Source: Lachnospiraceae bacterium (GTDB lineage: Bacteria > Bacillota > Clostridia > Lachnospirales > Lachnospiraceae). Taken from it: a DNA stretch of 64,000 nucleotides. The DNA lies in contig JAZSEY010000020.1 of NCBI GenBank assembly GCA_045531905.1, forward strand, positions 82,020-146,019. The letters are read 5' to 3'. This document shows positions 1 through 10,503 of this stretch, one piece after another; position 1 is the first letter of the stretch, and each line of letters starts with the position of its first letter. The notes beneath the pieces were generated by a model. The model did not search any database and had not been told where the DNA came from. It was given only the letters and a program-made list of their open reading frames with translations. A program made the position numbers and the translations under genes.

Positions 1-1554
1 GACCCAGAGGGTACAATTATCACAGATGGTGTGGCCATTACCGGAGAGCCAACTTTCTCAAAAGAACCAGTAGACCAAAATGGTCAAACTGTAGTTATGG
101 TGCTGGTTACATTTACAGATGATACGGGAGCTTCCTTGACAAATGTTCAGGTGAAAAAAGGAGCTGATTTAAATCTTGCAGATGTTAAGATTTTAGCTGC
201 AGATGGTGTAACAGATTATGCTATATCAAAACCAGGGTATGTGCTTTCTTGGAAACACACTCAAACTACATATGCCACAACAGAAATAGTTGCAAACATA
301 ACAGATGCAATTACCTTGCAGGCTGTTTGGACATTCATTACTTATCCGATAGAACAGGCTGTGATTTCTGATATCGCAAACCAGACATATACAGGCGCCG
401 CATTGACACCTAAAGTTACTGTGACCTATGATAGTAAAACTTTGTTGCAGGATACTCATTATACTGTGACTTATAGTGACAACGTAAATGCAGGAACTGC
501 CACGGTTACTATTTCTGGCTTGGGAGCATATGTGGGAGCTGTTCAGAAGACCTTTGCAATTTTGCCAAAGAGCATTTCAAGCATGAACGCAAGTCTGTCT
601 GCTGACACATTTGCCTATACCGGATTGGAGATAAAGCCAGAGGTTACATTAACAGATGGAAACACTACATTGGTACGTGATGTGCATTATACTGTAATCT
701 ATACCAATAATATCAATGCAGGCACAGCAACAGCGGTGATTGTGGGTAAAGGAAATTATACAGGACAGATTACATTAGCATTTACAATTTATGAAGTGGT
801 TACAACGGTGGATATCGCTGATGTGGAGATTAGTGAAATTGCAGACCAGATTTATACAGGTAAACCGATAACACCATCACTTGTACTCTCATATAACGGT
901 ACTGTTTTGACACAGGGTGTGGATTATGATGTGCAGTATACAAACAACGTAAATGTTGGTGAGGCTACGGTAACAATTATTGGTAAGGGTGATTTTGTTG
1001 GCAGTACAGAGGAAACCTTTGACATCATCATCAAAAAGAATAAGAAGTATACAAAGGGTAACTATCAGTATCAGATTACCAGTGCAAAAACAAATGGCAA
1101 GGGGACGGTACAATTAGTAAAATGTGTGAAAAAGTCCAAGACTGCAAATATTGCAGCTACTGTCAATATTGGTGGTGTGAATTTTAAGATTACAAGTATA
1201 AAGGCAAATGCATTTAAGAATAATAAGACTATGACAAAACTTGTCATTGGAAAAAATGTAACCACGATCGGAGATAAGGCTTTCTATGGCTGTACAAAAC
1301 TAAAAAATGCAACCATTGGGTCTGGTGTGAAGAAGATTGGCAAGCAGGCATTTTACAATTGTAAGGCAATGAAGAATCTTGTGATTTCTACATCTAAATT
1401 GAAGACCTCTGCAATTGGTTCTAAGGCATTTACAAAGATGGGTGCAAGCAACTATAAGAAGTTAGTAGTGAAGGTGCCAAAGAAGCAACTGTCTGCATAT
1501 AAGAAGATGTTGAAGAAGAAAGGTTTATCATCCAAAGCCAAAATTAAAAAATAA
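1..1554 (+). CDS. Cell-surface protein, 5'-truncated at window edge. It has four or more tandem ~85-aa Ig-like repeats and a C-terminal BspA-type leucine-rich repeat region.
   Basis: The frame is open from nt 1 with no upstream stop. Repeated blocks of the form YTG..TP.VTV.Y..TL...DYTV.Y.NN.NAGTATV.I.G.GNY.G recur. The C-terminus has LRR_5-like repeats (KLVIGKNVTTIGDKAFYGC, ATIGSGVKKIGKQAFYNC). The tail is lysine-rich. Confidence 0.7.
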   Translation, partial: DPEGTIITDGVAITGEPTFSKEPVDQNGQTVVMVLVTFTDDTGASLTNVQVKKGADLNLADVKILAADGVTDYAISKPGYVLSWKHTQTTYATTEIVANITDAITLQAVWTFITYPIEQAVISDIANQTYTGAALTPKVTVTYDSKTLLQDTHYTVTYSDNVNAGTATVTISGLGAYVGAVQKTFAILPKSISSMNASLSADTFAYTGLEIKPEVTLTDGNTTLVRDVHYTVIYTNNINAGTATAVIVGKGNYTGQITLAFTIYEVVTTVDIADVEISEIADQIYTGKPITPSLVLSYNGTVLTQGVDYDVQYTNNVNVGEATVTIIGKGDFVGSTEETFDIIIKKNKKYTKGNYQYQITSAKTNGKGTVQLVKCVKKSKTANIAATVNIGGVNFKITSIKANAFKNNKTMTKLVIGKNVTTIGDKAFYGCTKLKNATIGSGVKKIGKQAFYNCKAMKNLVISTSKLKTSAIGSKAFTKMGASNYKKLVVKVPKKQLSAYKKMLKKKGLSSKAKIKK

Positions 1555-1566
1555 GAGTGTAATAAT

Positions 1567-2472
1567 ATGGATTACGAACTAAGGGAAGTAAAACTAGAAG
1601 ATTATGATATGTTAAAACGGTATTTTGCTTTGAGACGTCCGGGTACTTGCGAGAGTGTGGTTACGGACATCTATCTGTGGCAGATATATTATCGGGCAAA
1701 ATACTTTTTAACAGAGACAGGATTAATATGGATATATAAGACAGATACAGAGGTGTTCACAGTAACACCTCTGTGTAAGCGTGAGGATTTGCGTGAAAAT
1801 GTAGAGATTGCACGGAACTATTTTCAGAATGTGTTGCATGTACCATTTACCATGTATTTGGTAGACGAAGAAGCAATTGAAACGCTGAATTTGTCTGAGG
1901 AGGCGTATGCAGTGGAAGAAGAACGGAGCTATTTTGATTACGTCTATGATGCGAATGCTCTCCGTACACTTTCTGGCAAAAAGTATCACAAGAAGAAAAA
2001 TCATGTAAATGCTTTTTTGAAGGCTTATGAGGGGAGATATCAGTGTCGCATGTTAAACGGACACGATATTGAAACTGTAGTAGATTTTATTGAGCGTTGG
2101 CATGCCGGTCGCGAGATTGACGACCCATACCACCGTGATGAATACGAGATTAAGGGAATAGAGTATGTGCTTCGCAATTGCCGTCTGATAAAGTATCAAA
2201 TGTTTGGTGTGTTTATTGATGGACAAATGGAAGCATTTTCCTTGGGGACCTACGATAAGAAAATGAAGATTGCATATATTCATGTGGAGAAGGCAAATCC
2301 TGAAATCAGAGGGCTTTATCCATTTGTGAACCAGCAGTTTTTGATTCAGGGATTTCCCGAGGCGGAGCTTGTGAACAGAGAGGATGATATGGGATTGGAA
2401 GGGCTTCGCAAGGCAAAATTATCCTATCATCCGATTAGATTGGTTAAGAAATATACAGTGAAAGAGAAATAG
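1567..2472 (+). CDS. Hypothetical protein. It may have a DUF2156-like acyltransferase fold, but this is not certain.
   Basis: A 301-aa ORF packed 12 nt after the upstream gene. No diagnostic motif was recognised. The next gene is a GNAT. Confidence 0.55.
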   Translation: MDYELREVKLEDYDMLKRYFALRRPGTCESVVTDIYLWQIYYRAKYFLTETGLIWIYKTDTEVFTVTPLCKREDLRENVEIARNYFQNVLHVPFTMYLVDEEAIETLNLSEEAYAVEEERSYFDYVYDANALRTLSGKKYHKKKNHVNAFLKAYEGRYQCRMLNGHDIETVVDFIERWHAGREIDDPYHRDEYEIKGIEYVLRNCRLIKYQMFGVFIDGQMEAFSLGTYDKKMKIAYIHVEKANPEIRGLYPFVNQQFLIQGFPEAELVNREDDMGLEGLRKAKLSYHPIRLVKKYTVKEK

Positions 2473-2477
2473 ATTTC

Positions 2478-3167
2478 ATGATTCGATATTTGAATCCTGA
2501 TGAACGTCAGGATATTAGACAACTTTATGAGGAAGTCTTTCAAGATAGTAAAGCATTTGTGGACTATTATTTTGAAACTTATGTGAAGCAGCATACCCGT
2601 TGTTTGGTCTATGAACAGGATGGTCATATCTGTGGTATGATTTCTATTCATGAAAAGCAGTGGTGCTATCGGAAATTCGATGGCACTTATGAGTTGCGAC
2701 CTGCCTGGTATTTGTATGGAGTTGCAACGGTGCCGAATATGCGAAAACAAGGGATAATGGGAAAACTGTTAGCACGTATCATAGAGGATGCCACAGCAGA
2801 ACAGATACCGTATATTTATTTGATACCTGTGAATCCTGCCATATATGAAAAGCATGGCTTTCGATTGGTGAGTGGTATGGAAGGTGCGGGAACAGCGATG
2901 ACGATACCATTTGAAATGCCGAAGTTAGATATAAAAAATACATCTGAAAATGACTTGACAAAATTGGCAGAGAATTACCGAAGGTATTATGAAGAGCAAA
3001 ATGTGGATGCATTTCTCTATAAAGATGTAGATTGTTTTAGGGATTATATAACACAGCTTTTACTGGATGGTAACAGTGAGTTTACACTTTACGCTCATCC
3101 GGTAATGATTTATGACAACAAGTATGGGATGAAGATAGAAACACTTGGTCCCATGGACGAGGTATAG
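2478..3167 (+). CDS. GNAT family N-acetyltransferase
   Basis: An acetyl-CoA-binding-like motif is present (VPNMRKQGIMGKLLARIIEDA, matching the R/Q-x-x-G-x-G/A pattern). Confidence 0.6.
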   Translation: MIRYLNPDERQDIRQLYEEVFQDSKAFVDYYFETYVKQHTRCLVYEQDGHICGMISIHEKQWCYRKFDGTYELRPAWYLYGVATVPNMRKQGIMGKLLARIIEDATAEQIPYIYLIPVNPAIYEKHGFRLVSGMEGAGTAMTIPFEMPKLDIKNTSENDLTKLAENYRRYYEEQNVDAFLYKDVDCFRDYITQLLLDGNSEFTLYAHPVMIYDNKYGMKIETLGPMDEV

Positions 3168-3176
3168 AAAGGACGA

Positions 3177-3368
3177 ATGGATATGGCAAATATGTCGACA
3201 AATTGCGAGGATTGCATGTATTACGAGTATGATGAGGAATTTGAATATTATGTCTGTGGTATGGATTTAGACGAGGACGATACTGCCAGATTTTTGTCGG
3301 GACAACCATTTCAGTGTCCTTATTATAAATTTGGTGATGAGTACCAGATTGTAAAGCATCAGATGTAG
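3177..3368 (+). CDS. Small acidic cysteine-containing hypothetical protein (63 aa)
   Basis: A short ORF packed tightly between neighbouring genes. It contains the pairs C..C and VCG...QCP and is very acidic. Confidence 0.4.
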   Translation: MDMANMSTNCEDCMYYEYDEEFEYYVCGMDLDEDDTARFLSGQPFQCPYYKFGDEYQIVKHQM

Positions 3369-3370
3369 GA

Positions 3371-4543
3371 ATGGAGAATACTATGGCGAATCACAAGAAA
3401 AAAACATTATGCCCGATTGCATCAAAATGCGGTGGTTGTCAGTATCTGGATGTTCCTTACGAGGAGCAGTTGGCAAACAAGCAAAAGTATTTGCAAAAAC
3501 TGCTTGGTGCTTATGGCACAATTGAACCGATTATAGGGATGGAAAATCCATGGCATTATCGTCATAAGGTGCATGCTGTTTTTCACCACAACCGTAGAGG
3601 TGAAATCATATCCGGTGTCTATGAAGAGGGCACGCACCATGTGTTGTCGGTGGATACCTGTATGATTGAACATGAAAAGGCAGATGCCATTATTAGAACT
3701 ATTCGCAAACTGTTAAAGTCCTTTAAGATTACAGTACATAACGAGGATACGGGATATGGTATTTTAAGACATGTGCTAATTCGTATGGGACATAATAGTG
3801 GTGAGATTTTAGTGGTGCTTGTAACCTCTACACCGATGTTTCCATCTAAGAAGAACTTTGCAAAGGCATTGTTAAAGGAGCATCCGGAGATTACAACTGT
3901 GGTGCAGAATATTAACGAAAAGCGCACTAGTATAGTGTTAGGCACTCGCGACCAGGTTATTTATGGAAAGGGCTATATTGAGGATACCCTTTGTGGAAAG
4001 ACCTTCCGTATTTCGCCACAAAGTTTTTATCAGGTGAATCCGGAACAAACCGAGCATTTATACAATAAAGCAATTGCTTTTGCCAATCTAAAAGGGAATG
4101 AAGTGGTGCTGGATGCCTACTGTGGAACAGGTACAATCGGTATCATTGTAAGCGACCATGTGAAGGAAGTGATTGGCGTGGAGCTTAACAAGGATGCGGT
4201 AAAAGACGCCATTATCAACGCAAAACGAAATAATGCCAAGAACGTCACATTTTATAATCAGGATGCAGGAAAATTTATGTTGAATTTGGCTGCTCAAAAC
4301 AAATCTATTGACGTGGTAATTATGGACCCACCACGTTCCGGCAGCGATGAAGCTTTTCTAGGTTCTGTTCGAAAACTGGCACCGAAAAAGGTGGTATATG
4401 TATCTTGTGGACCGGAGTCACTGGCGCGGGACTTGAAGGTGTTGACAAAAGGTGACATGTATCGCGTAGAGAAAATGGGAGCAGTGGATATGTTTCCGAT
4501 GACCAGAGGGATAGAGACTGTGGTGTTGTTGGAGAAACAGTAA
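3371..4543 (+). CDS. 23S rRNA (uracil-C5)-methyltransferase, RlmD/RumA (TrmA) family
   Basis: There is an N-terminal Cys cluster (CPIASKCGGCQY). The SAM motif is DAYCGTGTIG, and the catalytic region contains DPPRSG and VSCGP. Confidence 0.85.
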   Translation: MENTMANHKKKTLCPIASKCGGCQYLDVPYEEQLANKQKYLQKLLGAYGTIEPIIGMENPWHYRHKVHAVFHHNRRGEIISGVYEEGTHHVLSVDTCMIEHEKADAIIRTIRKLLKSFKITVHNEDTGYGILRHVLIRMGHNSGEILVVLVTSTPMFPSKKNFAKALLKEHPEITTVVQNINEKRTSIVLGTRDQVIYGKGYIEDTLCGKTFRISPQSFYQVNPEQTEHLYNKAIAFANLKGNEVVLDAYCGTGTIGIIVSDHVKEVIGVELNKDAVKDAIINAKRNNAKNVTFYNQDAGKFMLNLAAQNKSIDVVIMDPPRSGSDEAFLGSVRKLAPKKVVYVSCGPESLARDLKVLTKGDMYRVEKMGAVDMFPMTRGIETVVLLEKQ

Positions 4544-4569
4544 ACTCTCTGAAAAAATGTTTATATGGT

Positions 4570-4608
4570 TAGGGGAATCATGGAGAAGATTTCTCTATGT
4601 CCCTAAGC
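4570..4608. terminator. Candidate bidirectional hairpin between convergent genes
   Basis: TTAGGG-GAAT-CATGGAGAA-gat-TTCTCTATG-T-CCCTAA forms an imperfect stem that overlaps the minus-strand stop codon. Confidence 0.35.
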
Positions 4609-5317
4609 CCTTATGCTGTGTATCCCATTTCATATATGCAATTTGGAATGCTTTCCAACGTCTTCTTGAGACTGGAATTTGTTCTCCATTCACCAATATC
4701 AGCTTTTGAGCTTCCATACGAACCACACACATAAGATTTACCAAATATTTGTGATGACAGCGAAAGAACACATCTGATGGTAGCTTCTTCTCCCAATGCA
4801 ATAAACTCTCCTCACAATAATAGGTATCCGTTTTGCTCCAAAGTTCACTTCCTCCACTATGCGCTGCAAGATAGCAAATATCTTGAATACGCACATGATA
4901 TGGTATCCCTCTACGCACCAATGAAACAGATTCGGCAAATACCAATTCCTCCATTCCAGATTCTAGATTTTCAAACAATTCTCTTTCTAAAATAGGTTTG
5001 GTCATAAATCGAAATGCCTTGACCTCATATCCTTCCTTATATCTCATTTCATAGGCTGTCAGAATAATCAATACAACATTTGGCCATTTTCTCTTTATCT
5101 TTCTGCTCCATTTAATTCCATCCTCTTCATCATCCATGAACTCCAAGTCCATAAATATAATATCTACCACGTTTTGCTCCATATACTCAAATAGCTTGGA
5201 AGGTTTCCTAAAATAGATAATATCACTATCTAGTGCTTTGTCTTTACAGAAATTATGAATCAAATTACGCATCTCATTTACTATGGCTTCATTGTCGTCA
5301 CATATTGCAATTTGCAT
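4595..5317 (-). CDS. LytTR-family response regulator (receiver domain plus LytTR DNA-binding domain)
   Basis: The N-terminal receiver is MQIAICDD...FMD. The C-terminal half has LytTR-like character. The gene lies downstream of the cognate GHKL kinase. Confidence 0.8.
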   Translation of the reverse strand: MQIAICDDNEAIVNEMRNLIHNFCKDKALDSDIIYFRKPSKLFEYMEQNVVDIIFMDLEFMDDEEDGIKWSRKIKRKWPNVVLIILTAYEMRYKEGYEVKAFRFMTKPILERELFENLESGMEELVFAESVSLVRRGIPYHVRIQDICYLAAHSGGSELWSKTDTYYCEESLLHWEKKLPSDVFFRCHHKYLVNLMCVVRMEAQKLILVNGEQIPVSRRRWKAFQIAYMKWDTQHKGLGT

Positions 5318-5334
5318 ATTTTGTCACCTCACAT

Positions 5335-6606
5335 TTAAATTGGTAAATACACATCAATATTTACCTTCATGTCTTTCATTGATTGCTCTAAATTGCCATT
5401 GTATTTTTGTACAATTTCTAATATCTTTTGTGTACCAAATCCGTGGTTTATGTCCTGTGATATATTTGTTGATTTCTTTATATTAAATTCTTCCAATGCA
5501 GTATTTATCATAGAAATCGAAAAATAATGCTGGCCAGTTGAAAAGTGAATAATTAGTACTGGTTTCATATCCTCGCTGCAACGATTTACTTCTTTTACTG
5601 CGTTGGATAACATATTAGAAAATAGCGTACACAAATCCATATCAGTCATAGTTTGCATTTTCGGCAATTCTCCATAAACCTCTACCTGAACATATTTTTC
5701 ACATTTATAGGACAAGTCACAATTCAAAATGGCATCCACGATTTCATTACCTGTAAAATATAAATTATCCTGAAATGAGAAAGCCGATTGTAACTCTCTA
5801 AAATAAAGTCGTAGCTTCTCTTCCTGTCCAACCTCCATGAGAGCTTCCATGCATATAAAATGATTTTTTATGTCATGGCGAAATCTGCGCAGTTCTCTGT
5901 CTAGAAACTCTACATCCTTATAGTATTTTACTTGCTTATGCAATAAATGTATATTTTCTCGATTTTGCTCCTGTGCCTGAATCAGAAATTTCTCTGCTAA
6001 AAATACAATCAAATAAATGCAAAAACCAGTTAATACCACCATAAAAATTCGATAGGATATAATTTCTGGTAGTTTTTTATCTGTCAAAGGCAAAAATCGT
6101 TCTGGCATTACGCAATGTGCAATTAATAGTGCGATGGCATAAGCGACCATATTCCAACGCATTAATTTTGAATCAAATAGCAGCGCAACCAGTGCAAAGA
6201 AAATAAACGTACATTCCCATACAAATAAAGAGGGAAACAAATACATAATAAAGTGATACTGAATGAATAAAGTGATTACAACGTATGCTTTTAGCTTTCT
6301 TAGGTGTTCAAATAGATACGCTACATTTTTTCTTATTTTACAGATGAAATAAATGGCAATACTCAAATAAATTAACTGACTAATATCAAACAGTATAAAA
6401 TAGTGCCAATCCAAATCTGGATATAATCCAAGTTGTTTATATACTGTCCAAATTAAGCCTGCACACATACACATACAAGGTGTAACTAATAATACATATA
6501 TATATGCAGAACTCCAATATTTTTTTATAACATCCATATGCTTCTCCCAATCAATTGCATTTTTCAGTATCATTTTACATATTTCCCATAGAAAAACAAG
6601 AACCAC
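5335..6606 (-). CDS. LytS/AgrC-type sensor histidine kinase with a multi-TM N-terminal sensor domain
   Basis: The N-terminus is polytopic and hydrophobic. The H-box is RFRHDIKNH. The GHKL ATP-lid motifs are NAVKE and GFGTQ. Confidence 0.8.
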   Translation of the reverse strand: MVLVFLWEICKMILKNAIDWEKHMDVIKKYWSSAYIYVLLVTPCMCMCAGLIWTVYKQLGLYPDLDWHYFILFDISQLIYLSIAIYFICKIRKNVAYLFEHLRKLKAYVVITLFIQYHFIMYLFPSLFVWECTFIFFALVALLFDSKLMRWNMVAYAIALLIAHCVMPERFLPLTDKKLPEIISYRIFMVVLTGFCIYLIVFLAEKFLIQAQEQNRENIHLLHKQVKYYKDVEFLDRELRRFRHDIKNHFICMEALMEVGQEEKLRLYFRELQSAFSFQDNLYFTGNEIVDAILNCDLSYKCEKYVQVEVYGELPKMQTMTDMDLCTLFSNMLSNAVKEVNRCSEDMKPVLIIHFSTGQHYFSISMINTALEEFNIKKSTNISQDINHGFGTQKILEIVQKYNGNLEQSMKDMKVNIDVYLPI

Positions 6607-6705
6607 TTAGCCAGAATTTCCGACCAGTTAATAACATTCTTCTTCAACTGAAATATGTTTATTTTATAATAATACAAATGATATAAAAATTAGGAGGAGA
6701 ATCAT

Positions 6706-8271
6706 ATGAATCATAACGAAAACATTGCTTCGAAAAAACAATTATCTGCACTCGATGAATATATTAATAATGTATATAAGCTAGTGCTTCTTTTGGTTCC
6801 AGGTGCTTGTCAATGTGCAGGATTACTCTATACCCTGGAAAAAATACTTGGGTGGCTTCCAAGTGTTGCATGGCCAACACTTATAATTTTTGATGTTAGT
6901 TGTTTTATTTATTTGATGATAGGTATCTATTTTGTGCGTACAGGACTTCCAAATGGTATTGTTTTGGCAAGTAAACTAAAAGGTGGCAAGTTTTTTCTTG
7001 TAATTATTATGCTTATCCAATTTAACTTCATTCTTTACATGATTCCTGCTACAGATTTTTGGGGATTTGCTTTCTTTTTTGTAATTCTAACCTCCTTTTT
7101 CCTAGACTATAAAATGGTGGCTATTACATCCGGAGAAATTGCAGGCTCAGTTGTTGTGTCGTGGTTTTTGTGGAGTGAAGTCCATCTTCCAGCAAAAAAT
7201 GATTATTTTATGGCCAATATGCTAGACCGTGCTGTATGTATTGCATTGTCCTTGCCGACAGTTATTTTATTGACTTATCTGATACAACGTTTTCTTGTAA
7301 ATGCCAAAAAAGATGAAATGGAACGCAACAATGAGCAGGTGCGAACCGTTCTCTTCTCTGTTCAGGGTTTGTCAGAAAAATTATATGCTGCTGGCACTAG
7401 TTTGTTTGAAATCTCAGAAAATGAAAGCGTTTCTGTAGAAGAGTTATCTGCCACCAGTGAGCAGCTTTTGGAAAGCAGTAATCTTCTTGGTGATAAGACA
7501 GAGGAAAGTATGTCTAATTTAACCGAACTCAGCGAATGGGAAAGTGTCGTTGCAAGCAATGTGGACAAGGTAGAGGAGAACTCTAAAAATCTGTTGAAAA
7601 AGTCGCAGGATAATGAGCATTTACTTGGGAATTTGCAGACCATAAATAGTGAGGTGTCCGATTCTATGCAAGCAACTATTCAGGTGGCAGAGAAGTTGTC
7701 TGAAGCGGTACAGGAAATCGGTGTAACCTTGAAGTTAATAAATTCTATTTCATCTTCCACAAATCTTTTGGCACTGAATGCTTCTATTGAAGCTGCCAGA
7801 GCTGGAGAAGCTGGAAGAGGATTTGCTGTAGTTGCGACAGAGGTTGGGAATCTTGCTAACAGCACCCATGAATCTTTAAAAGAGGTGGAAAGGGTTATCG
7901 CTCGCGTGCAGAATAATGTAAATGAGATTACATTACATATACAGGATAATTCACAAAAACTAGCCGAACAAAATCAATACTTTGGTCATGTGTTCCAAGG
8001 TGTTCAGGATATGTCAGAGCTTCTTCAAGTGTCTGTTGAAGCGGTAAAGACCATGGGAGATGCACATCACAAACAAGCGGAGGTTATTAAAAATACAGTT
8101 GCTATTAACAGAGATATAGCCGAAAGCATCCGCATAGAAAACGAACAGTTTATTTCCATCAATGGCATGGTAGAAAATAATGTAAATGATATCACAGGAA
8201 TGACGGAACAGGTGAACTCTTTAAATGAAATGGTAGAAGAAATTAGTGTGATTTTGAAGGGAAATGAGTGA
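6706..8271 (+). CDS. Methyl-accepting chemotaxis protein. The N-terminal multi-TM sensor domain is homologous to that of the divergent kinase.
   Basis: The MCP signalling signature is [32 protein letters not shown]. The N-terminal membrane domain aligns with kinase 5335-6606. Confidence 0.85.
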   Translation: MNHNENIASKKQLSALDEYINNVYKLVLLLVPGACQCAGLLYTLEKILGWLPSVAWPTLIIFDVSCFIYLMIGIYFVRTGLPNGIVLASKLKGGKFFLVIIMLIQFNFILYMIPATDFWGFAFFFVILTSFFLDYKMVAITSGEIAGSVVVSWFLWSEVHLPAKNDYFMANMLDRAVCIALSLPTVILLTYLIQRFLVNAKKDEMERNNEQVRTVLFSVQGLSEKLYAAGTSLFEISENESVSVEELSATSEQLLESSNLLGDKTEESMSNLTELSEWESVVASNVDKVEENSKNLLKKSQDNEHLLGNLQTINSEVSDSMQATIQVAEKLSEAVQEIGVTLKLINSISSSTNLLALNASIEAARAGEAGRGFAVVATEVGNLANSTHESLKEVERVIARVQNNVNEITLHIQDNSQKLAEQNQYFGHVFQGVQDMSELLQVSVEAVKTMGDAHHKQAEVIKNTVAINRDIAESIRIENEQFISINGMVENNVNDITGMTEQVNSLNEMVEEISVILKGNE

Positions 8272-8305
8272 GTTCACTCTGCCATGGCGAACAAAAGATT
8301 TTACG

Positions 8306-8338
8306 GCGTAACAGATGCAACGTCTGTTACGCTTTTTT
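8306..8338 (+). terminator. Rho-independent terminator
   Basis: The stem is GCGTAACAGA / TCTGTTACGC with loop TGCAACG, followed by TTTTTT. Confidence 0.6.
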
Positions 8339-8459
8339 CATTTACCTAAACTAGATGTTTTGTGATATAATAAAATGTATATTTCTTAGAGTGTTTTGAA
8401 TTTTCATTAGGTGTGTTACGAAATGGTGAAAATGCCATAAATGAAAAGGAGGATGTCGT

Positions 8460-9179
8460 ATGGCTTTACAATTAAAAAACAATGATACAAACAAACCGTA
8501 TAATGAGGAACAAGAAGAATTTAGTGCAGATAGTTCTTGGAGCAATTCGCCTGTGCAGAATCGAAATGCAGCTACATATATACCTACAGAGGCGGAGTTA
8601 GCGGATTATCGGTCAAATAAAAAGCATGGCAACGCAGTTACCGATACGATCAAAAAACTTGTAGTTGCACTTGTGGTTGTGGCAATTATTGTGTTTGGCG
8701 GCAAATACATTAAAGGTATATTGATGCCTGATGGTATTGACCTTGCATCTGTAGTCATGAAGAGTTCTGAGGCAATGCAGGCAGAACTAGGGGAAAAGTT
8801 CACAGACAACCCATCTTGGGCTAAGCGTGTGTACGAATATGCAGAGGGTGATTTGACCTGTGAAGGCTCCGAGGATATCGGTATTTTGTATCTAAATGGA
8901 CGTCATATAGGAATTCACATTCCAACCAAGAAGTATACAATTTTTAATATCAGAGTAAATGATGGAGAGACATCAGTTTACAACAATACCACGTATCCAT
9001 TTGAAAATTTTTCTACTGTTATTGATACCATGGAGGGAAATTCCACACTGTACATATATTACAATAAGCAGAGAAATGATTGTATTTTCATCGTTCTTAA
9101 CAATACAACAAATCGTGTGCAGGGTATGACATATTATTATGATATGAAAACAATCATGGCAGAATTGGATTCTTTCTAA
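8460..9179 (+). CDS. Hypothetical single-pass membrane protein
   Basis: One TM segment (LVVALVVVAIIVFGG). The rest is an N/T/Y-rich ectodomain. Confidence 0.5.
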   Translation: MALQLKNNDTNKPYNEEQEEFSADSSWSNSPVQNRNAATYIPTEAELADYRSNKKHGNAVTDTIKKLVVALVVVAIIVFGGKYIKGILMPDGIDLASVVMKSSEAMQAELGEKFTDNPSWAKRVYEYAEGDLTCEGSEDIGILYLNGRHIGIHIPTKKYTIFNIRVNDGETSVYNNTTYPFENFSTVIDTMEGNSTLYIYYNKQRNDCIFIVLNNTTNRVQGMTYYYDMKTIMAELDSF

Positions 9180-9212
9180 GGATGCGATAACCGAAAGTGA
9201 GTGAGATAGAAT

Positions 9213-10484
9213 ATGGGCAATGATATTTCGTGGTCACTAAACAGCCGAAGTTTATTTGAACGTTTTGCCGTTGGATTACAGGAATATACAAATAATGGAA
9301 CACCACCTGTTATGGGAGACCAAGATATTCAATTTGGTTTAGAATTGCAAAAGAAGAGATTAGACAGCAAGGATTTATCCATGGAGTTGGAATTTGAGCC
9401 AAGAGGACATTTTCCAGATCAGAGTGGACCGGGAAAGAGCTGGAGTGATATGCGGTATGTCAGTACGATGGAATATCGTACCTGTAAAATGACAAGACGA
9501 TTTTATCGTGGTGGCGAAAAGGAATTTAGTGATAAGGATAATAAAGTTTTTTATCAGACGATTACCAATGTGCACAACCAAGAGATGGTGGCTGGTGACG
9601 TACATAGCTGTCCGGACTGTGGTGCTATTACGAAATTAGGAGAATTGCAAAAGGGATGTCCTTACTGTGGTGCATGTTTTAAGATAACAGACATTTTTCC
9701 GAAGGTAACGAATTACTATTATGTAAAAGATAGTGGATATACTGAAAAGGAAATTAAGAAAAGCATCGGGACATATATGCTTGTAGTTGGATTGATTTGT
9801 ACAATCGGTTTTCCTTTGTATTACTATATTACTGATCCTCAAAACACTTCCTCTTTGGTTGGTGCTATCCTCGGTAGCTTGCCTGCAGGTGTTTTTGGTG
9901 GCGTTGTACTTGGTTATATGGCATGGGCACTAGTTCATTTGGGTGTTATGGTGAAAGAGGCAGGAAAGACAGTACCGATGTTGTCGACCATTGGCTCAGA
10001 TAAACGTTTTGTGGCAGTTATGCAAAAATATAGTCCAGAGTTTTCTTTTATATATTTTTCAGATAAGATTGTATCTATGCTGAAGACGATTATGTATGCG
10101 GAAAACCCAGAGGAATTGCCGTTTTATGTTGGAGAACCATTACAGGACGTATTTCAGGATGTGGTAGATGTGGCACATGTTGGCCCTGTGGGATTTCAGG
10201 CATTTCAGATTAGTGGTAATTATTGCTTTGTTACTTTGGATGTCTTTTTGGATACGATGTATGACAAAGGCAACAGATTGGTTGAAAAACGGGAAAAATA
10301 TCGTGTGTATGTGAAGAAGAACATGACAGTGCCAATGAATTTGGGATTTTCAATCAGACACTTAGAATGTAAAAACTGTGGTACTAGTTTTGATGCTACA
10401 AAGCAAAAACTTTGTCCGGGATGTCAAAGTGAATATCCTGTAGCTGATGAGGACTGGGTAATCACAAGAATTGTGAAAAAATGA
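9213..10484 (+). CDS. Hypothetical membrane protein with N- and C-terminal zinc-ribbon motifs
   Basis: The N-terminal ribbon is CPDCG...CPYCG. The C-terminal ribbon is CKNCG...CPGCQ. Central TM helices are present. Confidence 0.5.
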   Translation: MGNDISWSLNSRSLFERFAVGLQEYTNNGTPPVMGDQDIQFGLELQKKRLDSKDLSMELEFEPRGHFPDQSGPGKSWSDMRYVSTMEYRTCKMTRRFYRGGEKEFSDKDNKVFYQTITNVHNQEMVAGDVHSCPDCGAITKLGELQKGCPYCGACFKITDIFPKVTNYYYVKDSGYTEKEIKKSIGTYMLVVGLICTIGFPLYYYITDPQNTSSLVGAILGSLPAGVFGGVVLGYMAWALVHLGVMVKEAGKTVPMLSTIGSDKRFVAVMQKYSPEFSFIYFSDKIVSMLKTIMYAENPEELPFYVGEPLQDVFQDVVDVAHVGPVGFQAFQISGNYCFVTLDVFLDTMYDKGNRLVEKREKYRVYVKKNMTVPMNLGFSIRHLECKNCGTSFDATKQKLCPGCQSEYPVADEDWVITRIVKK

Positions 10485-10503
10485 TAATAGTGGAGGCAGA
10501 AAT

